Source: Macrostomum lignano
Lineage: Eukaryota
Assembly: GCA_002269645.1 (NCBI GenBank)
Contig: NIVC01005122.1
Coordinates: 1-25,671, forward strand
Reading direction: 5' to 3'
DNA: 25,671 nucleotides
Part shown: piece by piece, positions 1 to 10,226 of the stretch
Layout: each line of letters begins with the position of its first letter
Numbering within the stretch: position 1 is the first letter of the stretch
Notes under the pieces: generated by a model
Seen by the model: only the letters and a program-made list of their open reading frames with translations
Told to the model about the DNA's origin: nothing
Databases searched by the model: none
Translations under genes and position numbers: made by a program

Positions 1-813
1 AAAAGCGAACACCAAAGTCTGCACAATATCGCCAGGTAGGGCACCAGATCGCTGCACGTTTCCTCTTCTAGCGTGGCGCGAACGCGGAACAGGCGGCCTC
101 TTGAACTCGTTTATTAGTGTCCAGAATTCTATTGAGCAATTCGGTTTATAGCAGCCGGCTTCAGGCACAGCTCGTGCGGCTGAGTCACAATCCAGTGAGC
201 ATAGCGGACAGAGTCCAACAGGTGATGGAGCGCGACCAGAGGCTTGGCGTGCTGCAGACAGGTGAGCAGTAGCCTAAACAGTGCAGGTAGGCCGCTGACG
301 CCTTGAAGGCAGCCTTCGGCCACTGCGCCAAGGATGAGTATGCCAGACTCCTTGACATCCAGCGTTCGCTGAGCAGAGTGTCCTTGAGAATGGGCAGCAG
401 GTGCTCAAGCAGCTCGTTCGCGAACACATTAGCTAGAACATCCAGGGCGGCGCTGAGCACTTCCTGAGATTCCAGCTGCTCAGAATGTCGTCTCCGCCAC
501 CGCCAGAATCGTCAGCGTCGCCAGACTCGGCCAGCAACAGCAGATCCTGCTGCTGCTGTTCCAGCCCGCCAGAGGCGTCGGCATCTTCGCCGGATCCGCC
601 CCCCGCTGCGCAGTCGTGCAGATGCTGGGATGCCATCTTCGACCGGGTCCTGTGAAACCGAGGCCGGATGTCGCTCTCGCGATCTGGGATGTGCGCGTCC
701 TCGCGATTCTCCAATTCTAGCGCCTCGGCGTCGCTTTCTGAGTACTTCATGCCGCGGCAGAGCACCGGGATCAGCTTTGGCAGGTAGGGCCGCAGCAGCT
801 CCTGACAATTGGG
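1..813 (-). CDS. TNPO1: Transportin-1 coding exon 5 (partial, runs off the window start; several 1-bp indels within 1-451)
   Basis: tttcag acceptor at 815-814; PKLIPVL, GMKYS, DIRPRFHR and WNLRKCSA, then across frames AALDVLAN, KESGIL, RSITCWTL, RYAHW, NKRVQEAACSAF, all transportin-1 motifs. Confidence 0.88.
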
Positions 814-870
814 CTGAAATCAATGCGTTGGCGCGGAGTCAGCTTTGCAGGCTCAAGATTAAAGGCACAA

Positions 871-1313
871 GGTCATAGACTGGGTACACGGGTCATAGAC
901 CGGGGGCACGGGGTCATAGACTGGGTACACGGGTCATAGACCGGGGCACGGGGTCAGAGACTGGGTACACGGGTCATAGACCGGGGCACGGGGTCATTGA
1001 CCGGGGGACACGGGTCATAGACCGGGGACACGGGGTCATTGACCGGGGGACACGGAGTCATAGACGTGGGACACGGGGTCATAGACGGGGGACACGGGGT
1101 CATAGACGTGGGACACGGAGTCATAGACGGGGACACGGGGTCATAGACGTGGGACACGGGGTCATAGACGTGGGACACGGAGTCATAGACGGGGGACACG
1201 GGGTCATAGACGTGGGACACGGGTCATAGACGGGGGCACGGTGTCATAGACTGGGTACACGGGGTCATAGAGCTGAACACATGGGGTCATAAAACAAAGG
1301 ACACGGGGTCATA
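871..1313. repeat. 20-21-bp minisatellite (GGGGTCATAGACGTGGGACAC), about 21 copies, TNPO1 intron 4
   Basis: Direct reading of tandem units. Confidence 0.95.
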
Positions 1314-1331
1314 ATTAAACCGAGAGCCTAC

Positions 1332-1622
1332 CTGATCAGCAATGGCAAGCCAGAGTTCGCAGGCCTCCTGAGCTACAAACTCGTCGGGATCCTGAGTCCT
1401 GAGCAGCATGAACTCTAGTATGCTGGTCATGTAGGGCAGCAGGTAGCCCATACGGGAGTCTACTAGCAGCACCAGTGACGAGCAGACCTGTTTGCGCACC
1501 TCGGTGTCTGTATCCTCAGCTAAACGGAACACGCTTTCCAATAGGCGGTCCAGATATTGCATAGGCGCCTGGGAGTGACCGCCGATGAACTGGTTGATGC
1601 AGCCTAGGGCCAGGGAGCGAAC
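1332..1622 (-). CDS. TNPO1: Transportin-1 coding exon 4 (VRSLALGCINQFI...EVRKQVC...RTQDPDEFVAQEACELW...ADQ)
   Basis: Conserved transportin HEAT motifs; ttccag acceptor and GTAGGC donor; 291 nt = 97 codons. Confidence 0.95.
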
Positions 1623-1696
1623 CTGGAATTGGGGTTGACAAGATGGAGAGGGGAGGTATTACCTGTGAGTCAAGTTAAGAGAATAGCACAGGAATT

Positions 1697-2535
1697 ATCA
1701 GTGAGTGAAGATCGAGTCAACAGGTATTACTGGCGAGTCAAGATCGAGACAACAGGTATTACCGGTGAGTCAAGATCAAGACAACAGGTATTACTGATGA
1801 GTGAAGATCGAGACAACAGGTATTACTGGTGAGTGAAGATCGAGACAACAGGTATTACTGATGAGTGAAGATCGAGACAACAGGTATTACTGATGAGTGA
1901 AGATCGAGACAACAGGTATCACTGGTGAGTGAAGATCGAGACAGCAGGTATCACTGGTGAGTGAAGATCGAGACAACAGGTATTACTGATGAGTGAAGAT
2001 CGAGACAACAGGTATTACTGATGAGTGAAGATCGAGACAACAGGTATTACTGATGAGTGAAGATCGAGACAACAGGTATTACTGATGAGTGAAGATCGAG
2101 ACAACAGGTATCACTGGTGAGTGAAGATCGAGACAGCAGGTATCACTGGTGAGTGAAGATCGAGACAACAGGTATCACTGGTGAGTGAAAATCGAGACAA
2201 TGGGTATTACCGGTGAGTCAAGATCGAGACAACAGGTATCACTGGTGAGTGAAAATCGAGACAATGGGTATTACCGGTGAGTGAAGATTGAGACAACAGG
2301 TACTACCAGTGTGTGAAGATCGAGACAACAGGTATCACCAGCAGTAAAGATCGAGACAACAGGTATCACCGGTGAGACAGCAGGAATCACCGGTGAGTGA
2401 AGGTCGAGACAACAGGTATCACCGGTGAGACAGCAGGAATCACCGGTGAGTGAAGGTCGAGACAACAGGTATCACCGGTGAGACAGCAGGTATCACCGGT
2501 GAGTGAAGGTCGAGACAACAGGTATCACCGGTGAG
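1697..2535. repeat. 32-bp minisatellite (GAGTGAAGATCGAGACAACAGGTATTACTGAT), about 26 copies, TNPO1 intron 3
   Basis: Period 32 read directly; units drift from TATTACTGAT to TATCACCGGT along the array. Confidence 0.95.
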
Positions 2536-2572
2536 CTGAGATCCCCTCCCAAAACTACAGAAAGATGCTCAC

Positions 2573-2958
2573 CTTCGCATTGCGATGCCCAGTAAACTCG
2601 ATAAACTTCGGTATAAGAATGCCAAGCGGCTGCGACACGGGCGTATCCTCCAGCAGCTGTTTGGAATCTTCACAAATTTTGTGCATAGCGCTGAACGAAC
2701 CTTCGACTAAGAATTCGTCTCCGGAGTCTAGGCTAGCAACCAGATGAGGCATGAGCTCGGGCCATGCCTCGAGCCGGGCCTTGGACACCATGGTGGTGAT
2801 GATAGTGCCAACAGTGGCCCGGATCATTGCGGAGCGGTCGCCAAGACAGGCAAGACAGGCTCGCTTGACGCATTCCAGCACTTCGGCAGGATAGAGCTGG
2901 TAGTGATTCTTGATGTTGTTCTTCAGGATAAGGCCGGCCATAGAGCGGTTGGTCTCAT
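2573..2958 (-). CDS. TNPO1: Transportin-1 coding exon 3 (DETNRSMAGLILKNN...IRATVG...KICEDS...HRNAK)
   Basis: Motifs GLILKNN, IRATVG, WPEL, KICEDS match transportin; ccag acceptor at 2960-2959 and GTGAGC donor at 2572; 386 nt, phase 1 to 0. Confidence 0.95.
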
Positions 2959-3024
2959 CTGGATGGGCAATTGGATTCAAGGTGCCAGTTCATAATCATT
3001 TTTATCCTTTAAACTTAAAACTCA

Positions 3025-3835
3025 AATCCCAAATCCTTAAAACCCCCATTCCCAAATCTTTAAAATCCCATTCCCAACTCCTTAAAATCCCAGGCCCTAA
3101 ACCTTAAAATCTTAGGCCTTAATCCTTAAAATCCCAGGCCCTAATCTTTAAAATCTCAGTCCCTAATCCTTAAAATCCCATTCCCAACTCTTTAAAATCC
3201 CAGGCCCTAATCCTTAAAATCCCAAGCCCTAATCCTTAAAATCTCAGTCCCTAATCTTTAAAATCCTAGGCCCTAATCCTTAAAATCTCAGTCCCTAATC
3301 CTTAAAATCCCAGGCCCTAATCCTTAAAATCCCAAGCCCTAATCCTTAAAATCCTAGGCCCTAATCCTTAAAATCCCAAGCCCTAATCCTTAAAATCCTA
3401 GGCCCTAATCCTTAAAATCCCAAGCCCTAATCCTTAAAATCCTAGGCCCTAATCCTTAAAATCCCAAGCCATGCTTGGGCGCAACCTAGGGATTCACCCG
3501 GCTGTTTCTATTGGCAACACACACATGTAAGTCGCTATTGGCGGAGAGCAGTCACGTGAGTACTATTCCGTCCAATAGCGACTTACATATGTGTGTTGCC
3601 AATAGAAACGGCCGAGGGATTCCCAAGGTTGCGCATTTATGTCCCAAGCCCTAATCCTTAAAATCCCAAGCCCTAATCCTTAAAATCTCAGTCCCTAATC
3701 CTTAAAATCCTAGGCCCTAATCCTTAAAATCCCAAGCCCTAATCCTTAAAATCCCAAGCCCGAATCCTTAAAATCACAATTCTAAAATCTTAAAATCCAA
3801 TACCCAGATCTTTGAAAATCCCAATTCTAAATTCT
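3025..3835. repeat. 22-bp minisatellite (CCCTAATCCTTAAAATCCCAAG), TNPO1 intron 2
   Basis: Tandem units with degenerate edges, interrupted at 3471-3641. Confidence 0.93.
3471..3641. mobile_element. 171-bp foldback/MITE-like insert interrupting the 22-bp satellite
   Basis: About 67-bp imperfect inverted arms (3479-3545 / 3567-3634) around a 21-nt spacer; TCCCAAGCC repeated on both flanks (3462-3470 / 3642-3650). Confidence 0.65.
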
Positions 3836-4020
3836 GAAAGCCTCATTCATAAATTATTGAAAAACCAAGTGTCAAGACTTTTTTTAATTCTTGAAAACAC
3901 ACTCTTTTCCCGGTAACTATTGAATGATAGAACATCTTATAGTATATACATAATCCTAACTCTATCTACCCCACTAATAATATATATCAAAGGTATTGAA
4001 CAATTATAATAGAAAATTAC

Positions 4021-4093
4021 CTTGTGTTGGCAACTGAAGAATGAATGCCAAATAATTGTTAAAGTCAGGAATCTGATTTAAGTCATTGAGTTT
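4021..4093 (-). CDS. TNPO1: Transportin-1 coding exon 2 (KLNDLNQIPDFNNYLAFILQLPTQ + G)
   Basis: PDFNNYL motif of transportin HEAT1-2; ttttag acceptor and GTAATT donor; 73 nt, phase 0 in and phase 1 out, compatible with exon 3. Confidence 0.92.
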
Positions 4094-6458
4094 CTAAAAT
4101 AAAAATTATATATGAGATACAATATGAATGTAGTTTTTATATAAGAATAAATATTATTTTGACTTGGCATAACTTAAAAGAAGCAATTTTTACAAAAAAT
4201 CTATACTACTTTACTTTTTGTTTTTTTATATATTAGTATTTTATACTTTTAAGCACTATTGCTTTTTGTTCTACACAAATATTTAAAAGTTAGAATTTAT
4301 GTAAATGAAGATAATATACTATTATTCTCTTCATTATAAGTAAAGTAACTTGATAGAGTAGTGCTAATATAATTTTAAATATAATCATAACAATAAAAGT
4401 AATAATGACAAAAGTGACATCTATGGACAAAGGATATTAATTTATGAATAGAATAAGGTATTCACATATTTTTTAAGTCAAGGTTTTTTAAGATTTTTAT
4501 AATATTTTCATCTAGGTGCCTTTAGGTAGAAAAGAGTATAGTTAATAGGGTTGTAAATTCCTTTTTTGGTGAAAACTCCCATGTGGATAGGCTTTTGAAT
4601 ATTTATATTGCCAACATTTCTATCAACATGTAGTTGCGCACTTAGTGGGCACAACAAATTGTGTCCATTGTGTGGCATTGGCATGCCACATGCAGTATGC
4701 AGCAATGTAATGAGAAACAATTGATAGTGCAGCTTATCAATCACAACCAAATAGAAAATCAATTAAACTGAATGAACAGTTGTTAACATAGATATATTTT
4801 TTGTTTTCCTAATAAAGTAAATATTTTTCTATTTCAAAAAAGTTTAATAATTTTATGATATAGTAAATATACATTTTTTTGTTTTGGTAAACTGTTTATT
4901 TTAAAAAATTCTATGATAGAGTTCTATAAATGCAAGGCAAAAATTATATCTCAGAACAATTTTTCTTTGTATATGTATTAATTCCATTAATGGCATTGCA
5001 AATTTGATTCATTGTTTTTGAATGTTAGTCTTGCTGAATAATGTATTTGATGAAATTGATATAATGTCTAAATGATTATAAATTACTCTAAAGAATATCG
5101 TATCATATATGTGTAATAAATATAATTGTTACAATTGCAAAAAGGTCCTTTATTGTTGCAACTGCAAAAAAGGTCCTTTAATATAGCAACATCTCATAGA
5201 CCACTACATGTAAAGCATAACTTGCTGGTCATGCACAACTTCCATGGTAGCTGAAAAATAGTTCTGTACAGCCAACATATCTAGGAGATTATGGAATACA
5301 ACTAATTAATAATATAAAACAAACATGAATATTTATACCTATCTTATAAATAGCCAAACATGATATAGAAAATCAACTTTAAAATGTTTTATACATTATT
5401 GCATAAATATCAAATTCAATTGTTTAATTTAGTGACATTCAATTATTAATGTCACTAAATATTTTAAAAACATTACAAAACTATAATATTGCTTTGATAA
5501 ATAAAAATTATATTTTGCTTAATCTCTAGTTTTTTCTATGAGCCCCTCTTAATTCCAAGTTTTTCTAGGTTGCACTTAGCCTAAAATATATTCACTACTA
5601 GTACAACACTAATTCTCACATAAGAATTTTTTATATTTTAACTAAACTGAGATATTTACTAGAATATATCACAATAATCCCATAGTCAGGAAGGTGGCAC
5701 AGTGTGCGCTGGAATAAATTTTTTGGGACAATCTGTGCGCCATCTATGTGCCATTTGTATGCTATGCGCCATGTCTATGCCCTTATTTTATGTATTTTAC
5801 AACAAATTTACAAAATTCTTAGAATTCATGCAGACTCAATATGCTATGCCAGTTTTATGCTAATAAAGATTCTATTCTGATTCCTTATATACCAAGTTGT
5901 GCATAGCACCGCATATGTCAAAGACCTTATGCACCGCATGCACTGCAATTATGTGCCGCATGCGCTAGGGACCTCAGTGTGCATCATGATTATGTGCCGC
6001 ATGTGCCAGGGACCTCAGTGTGCACCATGATTGTGCACTAAAGACCCCTTGTGTGCACCTGAATTTTCCATGGCAAAGCCAGGATGGAATTCTTGCTTGA
6101 TAGTAGGAAAAATGCGCGCATGTTTTTGGAGCAGCGTGCAAGTGCGCACACTAGCTATTAAAATAAGTCATGATGCAGATCATGGCCCATGCAGCAAAAA
6201 ATGAAATTTCTAGTTTTTCAATTCTATGCTGACCTAAATTAAAAAGTTGTACTTTAAGTTTAAAGTAGCTTAAATGCTATATTTTTTTTAAAGAAAATAT
6301 TCTTAAAAAATTATAAGAGTTTTACTAAATTTTAAAGAAACTTTTTTTGCTAAAAACTATTATTCTTTGTTTTACTTTTGTTTTGAAATTTTCCGGCATA
6401 AAAACAATCTTCCGGACTATGAAAAGTAGAACTTGAGCCCGCATATACCACATGGCAC

Positions 6459-8012
6459 TAGGGGTCCCAATCCCGAGATCCCAAGATCCCGGGATTCCCG
6501 GGATCCTGGGATTAGGGGTCCGAGATCCTAGTAAACACGGGATTGGAATTTACACTTTGCAGAAGTGAATATGTTTTGTCTTGCAGTTAGCACTTAACAG
6601 TTTTGGGAGAATTTTTGCATCCTGAGAATGAAGTTATAGAATGAAGGACAGTAAGACTATCATTCAACTCATTCAACTGTGTCAAGCACTACTAGTCACT
6701 AGACTAAGGGGTCTGACTCTAGTCTAGACTCTAACTGTCTAAGTGGCAATGGCCTGGACACTGGGCCCACTGGCCCAGGCCCCGCCGCAGTGCGCAGACG
6801 CAGCTAAGGAAGGGAAAGGGGAAATGGGGGTGGGGTGCGGACTGGGTTCTGAGTCTGAGTCTCTGTGTGTGTATGAAGTGGTCTATGTTGCCGTTGGGGT
6901 AGAGAGGCACCAGCGCAGCGTATATGGTCCTAATCCAAGGGGAGAGGGTGTAGTTTAGTGTGTATGTGTATGTACAACTAACAACTACATGTAACTTCAA
7001 CTATTTTATCAATGCAGTTCTACTTGTATAAGCTAGAAATAGAAATTAGAAACCTAGAGCCATTCCATATAATTGTGGTCGTAACATGACAGACTATTTT
7101 TACTTATAAAATGAAATCTAATAATAGAATATACTAAACCAATATTTTGAATGAAAGATTATTTTGTCAAGAATATGTTTATAAAGTTTCATATAGATAT
7201 CATCATTAGTATAGATGTTATTAAACCTTGAATGGCACTTATGGTCGTAACAACAGGATTTTTGACATATAGAAACTAAAAGATAAAAGTCTTATAAAAT
7301 TTTTCATTTTTGATATTTTGCAATAATTTTTTTTTTAAATTTGACTAAGAACATCTTTAGAAGTCATACTCTTTTATTAGAATATATAAACTCAAAAAGG
7401 CAACAAAGATACAAAAGAAAAAGCAGCCTTATGGTCGTAACATTATGGTCGTAACATATTTTTTCTGTCAATTCAGTAACTTTGAAGTACTAATATATTA
7501 AAAATATAATAGATTATATGGTTGCTAATGTTTTTATCTGATGATGCAAGTACTATAATTTTATATATAGTTTGTTTTAACCTTCTAAAGCTTTCTATTT
7601 GTTTTTAAAAGGTACATAAACTTAATGATGTCTTTTGCTTAGAAAATGTCCAATTTTTTACAAAAATAACTTTTTGCCAATTAATAACATACTAATCCAA
7701 CATTTTATCATTTATTTTTTCTTAGATTGTATACATTACATACAAAAAAGATTTGGTAAAAAAAATGGCTGATAAGGCAATGACAAGCAAAAATATTGAC
7801 TTTTTTCTTTTTTCCAAATATGTCCATCTTATATGGAATGGGCCCCTAAATGATGCTCAAATTGGTTGAGAAATTGTTTTATGGACAATGAGAAAGCTTC
7901 CTATAAATTTTTTTGTTCAATCAATCCTGGGATTGGCCCGGGATCCTGGGATTGGGTCAATTTTTTGTCTAGGATCCCGGGATTGTAAAATGTCCAGGAT
8001 TTGGGACCCCTA
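6459..8012. mobile_element. Non-autonomous hAT-like element C nested in B
   Basis: TIR TAGGGGTCCCAA / TTGGGACCCCTA; perfect 8-bp TSD CATGGCAC (6451-6458 / 8013-8020); subterminal arrays of GGGAT/ATCCC motifs at both ends. Confidence 0.88.
7057..7846. mobile_element. Probable MITE D nested in C
   Basis: 13-bp inverted match CCATTCCATATAA (7060-7072 / 7829-7841), degenerate outer bases, TA on both sides; four internal TGGTCGTAACA repeats. The TSD is not cleanly resolved. Confidence 0.55.
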
Positions 8013-9106
8013 CATGGCACATAACCATGTTGAATGCCATAGTGTAGATCATGTAGTGCACGCAAGAATTTTCCCGCGTGCATTTTCAAAAGTGGCGTGC
8101 ACCGGCATGTGATTAGGTAAGTGGCATGCATTTGGCATGCATAATGCACACTACATAAATACACTTGCGTGCCTGGCGTGCGCCGCGTGCCTGGCACATG
8201 ATGTGGCAAAGCTGCCAATGCAATGGTAAGCAAACATAAAATATGTATTATTGTATTTAGCTTTTGAAAAAAACTATTGTAAATAAACAGTGTATAAGAC
8301 TGTTAAATAAACTAATGTATGAGAAATACACGTTTTTAAAGATATATCATTTCTTTTGTACATCGTTTGTTGCTTTGTTTTACACAATGCAATTTAAAAT
8401 ACATTTTTACATATTTAAAATATGTTTTAAAATATGTAGGCATGCATCGGCGTGCATTTGCTTGTCGTCGGTGTGCTTTTGGGAATTAGCTTTGGGTTGT
8501 TTCTCGCGTGCACTTAGCATGATCCACACTATGCCACTATGGGTTGAATGCATGTAAAAGTCAAATCCTGTCTGTGATTCTTCGGCAAACAGCTTCTTAC
8601 GCAGTGCATACAATAATCAAGCGCGCACACACCTTCTTTAAGAGCGCGCAAGTAGGCTTCTTTTCAGCGCGCAAGCGCGCACAAATTTGACAAGCACGCA
8701 CAAACACGTAACAACTTTTGTGCAAGAATTCCATCCTGGTGGCAAAGGCCACCTTCCTGACTATGGCAATAACCATTAAAATTGGTGATTGCATTAGAAT
8801 TCTCCGATTGGTGAACTTAACACCCTTAATTTTGTGCTTGATTAAAAAAATAAAAATGCAATCTTCTTGACTAGGCTATGGGCATATGGGCATATGGCCC
8901 TGGCTTTCTGATCCTGAGTGACTATTATAGTGTAAACATACATGGATAGACACGGGATCAGATATATTGACAATAACAACTATACAACATCATTGTATAG
9001 CTATTTTCAGGTAATTATTTGCAAAAACATTTCGATTTTAAATTTCAGTTAGGCCTACTAAAGTAAAGTTAGAAAATAAATCAAGTTAAATGGAAAGAAT
9101 ACTCAC

Positions 9107-9214
9107 TTCATGGACTTGCTTTTGAACAGCTGAATCTGCTGTTTTCGATTGGTTTAAGAGAATAACCACTTGTTCTAGGCTTGCTGGATCGGGATTCCAG
9201 GACATGATAACCAT
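9107..9214 (-). CDS. TNPO1: Transportin-1 coding exon 1 (MVIMSWNPDPASLEQVVILLNQSKTADSAVQKQVHE); start at ATG 9214 or in-frame ATG 9205
   Basis: My minus-strand translation matches the transportin N-terminus (WxPDxxxLxQ...QS); ends phase 0 at a GTGAGT donor (9106-9101). Missed by the ORF track. Confidence 0.9.
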
Positions 9215-10226
9215 TGCTGTTGATAAAATGTAAAAGTAAGGAATGAAAAATTTTTAGGTCGTATAAAGAGAGAATAAATTTTGAATATCTTATTTTACTG
9301 TTTAAACAAAATGGTCGAATTTATTGTTTTATCAATGCAAAAAAGGGTTATTGAACTTGCAGATATTTTACATTATATTTATAAACACAAACTTTTCTTG
9401 AAAATTTTATTCTATAGTTTTTTACTAGTAACTAAGATGTCTTTTCCCATTTTAAAATACGATCATTGGTTCGATTTTTATATATTGCTAAAAGTTTTAA
9501 GCTGTGGTTTATTTCAGTTCAATCATTATAGCATGTTCATTTTTACCGGATATTCAATTGCGCCATCTACTTTAATGCTGTATTTTTCTTCATTTATAGC
9601 TCTTTTGTATTAGTTTTGATCAAACTGTTTTTTTAAATGCTCTTTCTGATTGGATTCGTTTGTTGACCATGCGCCATGCGACATTTGAGCATAGGAGCGA
9701 AAATCCTTGAGACTTAAATTTATATTATTTGTTATTTTATTGCTAGAATATCAAATGGGCATGTATGCATATGATTGTTAGTTCTTACTAGCCCAACAAA
9801 TATTTTTATTCTACATCTCCGAATTCATCATAGAGTTGAGTTCGATTTGAATTCATTAGGCTAGCTTAGAGTCCTTACTCTCAGTTTAATAATAGGATCT
9901 TAGCAGGAAATTGCAATTGATTTGGTAAGGAAATCAGGGGAAACATTTGCATTTTTGTACCAAACGTAAATAATGTGATATAAATAATATATCAGAGCTT
10001 CAGCATCTTTTTAGGGTTGAAATTAACAAGTTGTTTTATGAAATATATTTTTAATTTTTTAGAAGCTGGCAGCATTTAAAAGATGTAACAGACAAATTTT
10101 TTTTATTATCATTCAATAATAAGCTTTTTATGCCTTTCTGTCGAGTACTAAAGTGCACACTATAATTAATAATTTTACAACACAACCTTTCAGCAAAGAA
10201 GCCCTTAAGACAACCAAAAAATCGCC
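9215..10226. promoter_or_regulatory. Putative shared bidirectional promoter and 5' leader region of TNPO1 and TEKT2
   Basis: About 1 kb between divergent start codons; GATTGG (CCAAT) near 9647, TCAGTT Inr-like motif at 9881-9886, GTAAGG donor at 9925, AG acceptors just upstream of both ATGs (10192-10193 on plus; 9218-9217 on minus). Confidence 0.5.

Larger units (their letters stand above)
6079..8739. mobile_element. Non-autonomous DNA transposon B nested in A (about 1.1 kb without its insert)
   Basis: Perfect 18-bp TIR CCAGGATGGAATTCTTGC (6079-6096 / 8722-8739); perfect 8-bp TSD TGGCAAAG (6071-6078 / 8740-8747). Confidence 0.88.
5680..8766. mobile_element. Non-autonomous DNA transposon A (outermost; 418 bp once nested inserts are removed)
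   Basis: Perfect 19-bp TIR CCATAGTCAGGAAGGTGGC (5680-5698 / 8748-8766); flanks CAATAATC (5672-5679) and CAATAACC (8767-8774) match 7/8, consistent with an 8-bp TSD; no transposase ORF. Confidence 0.8.

Noticed and set aside
3025-3835. Interstitial telomere (CCCTAA)
   Set aside because: CCCTAA occurs once per 22-bp unit, not as tandem hexamers.
4546-5302. Possible further hAT element starting TAGGGTTGTAAATTCC
   Set aside because: The best partner (GGAATACAACTA near 5293) is gapped and the flanks do not form a TSD.
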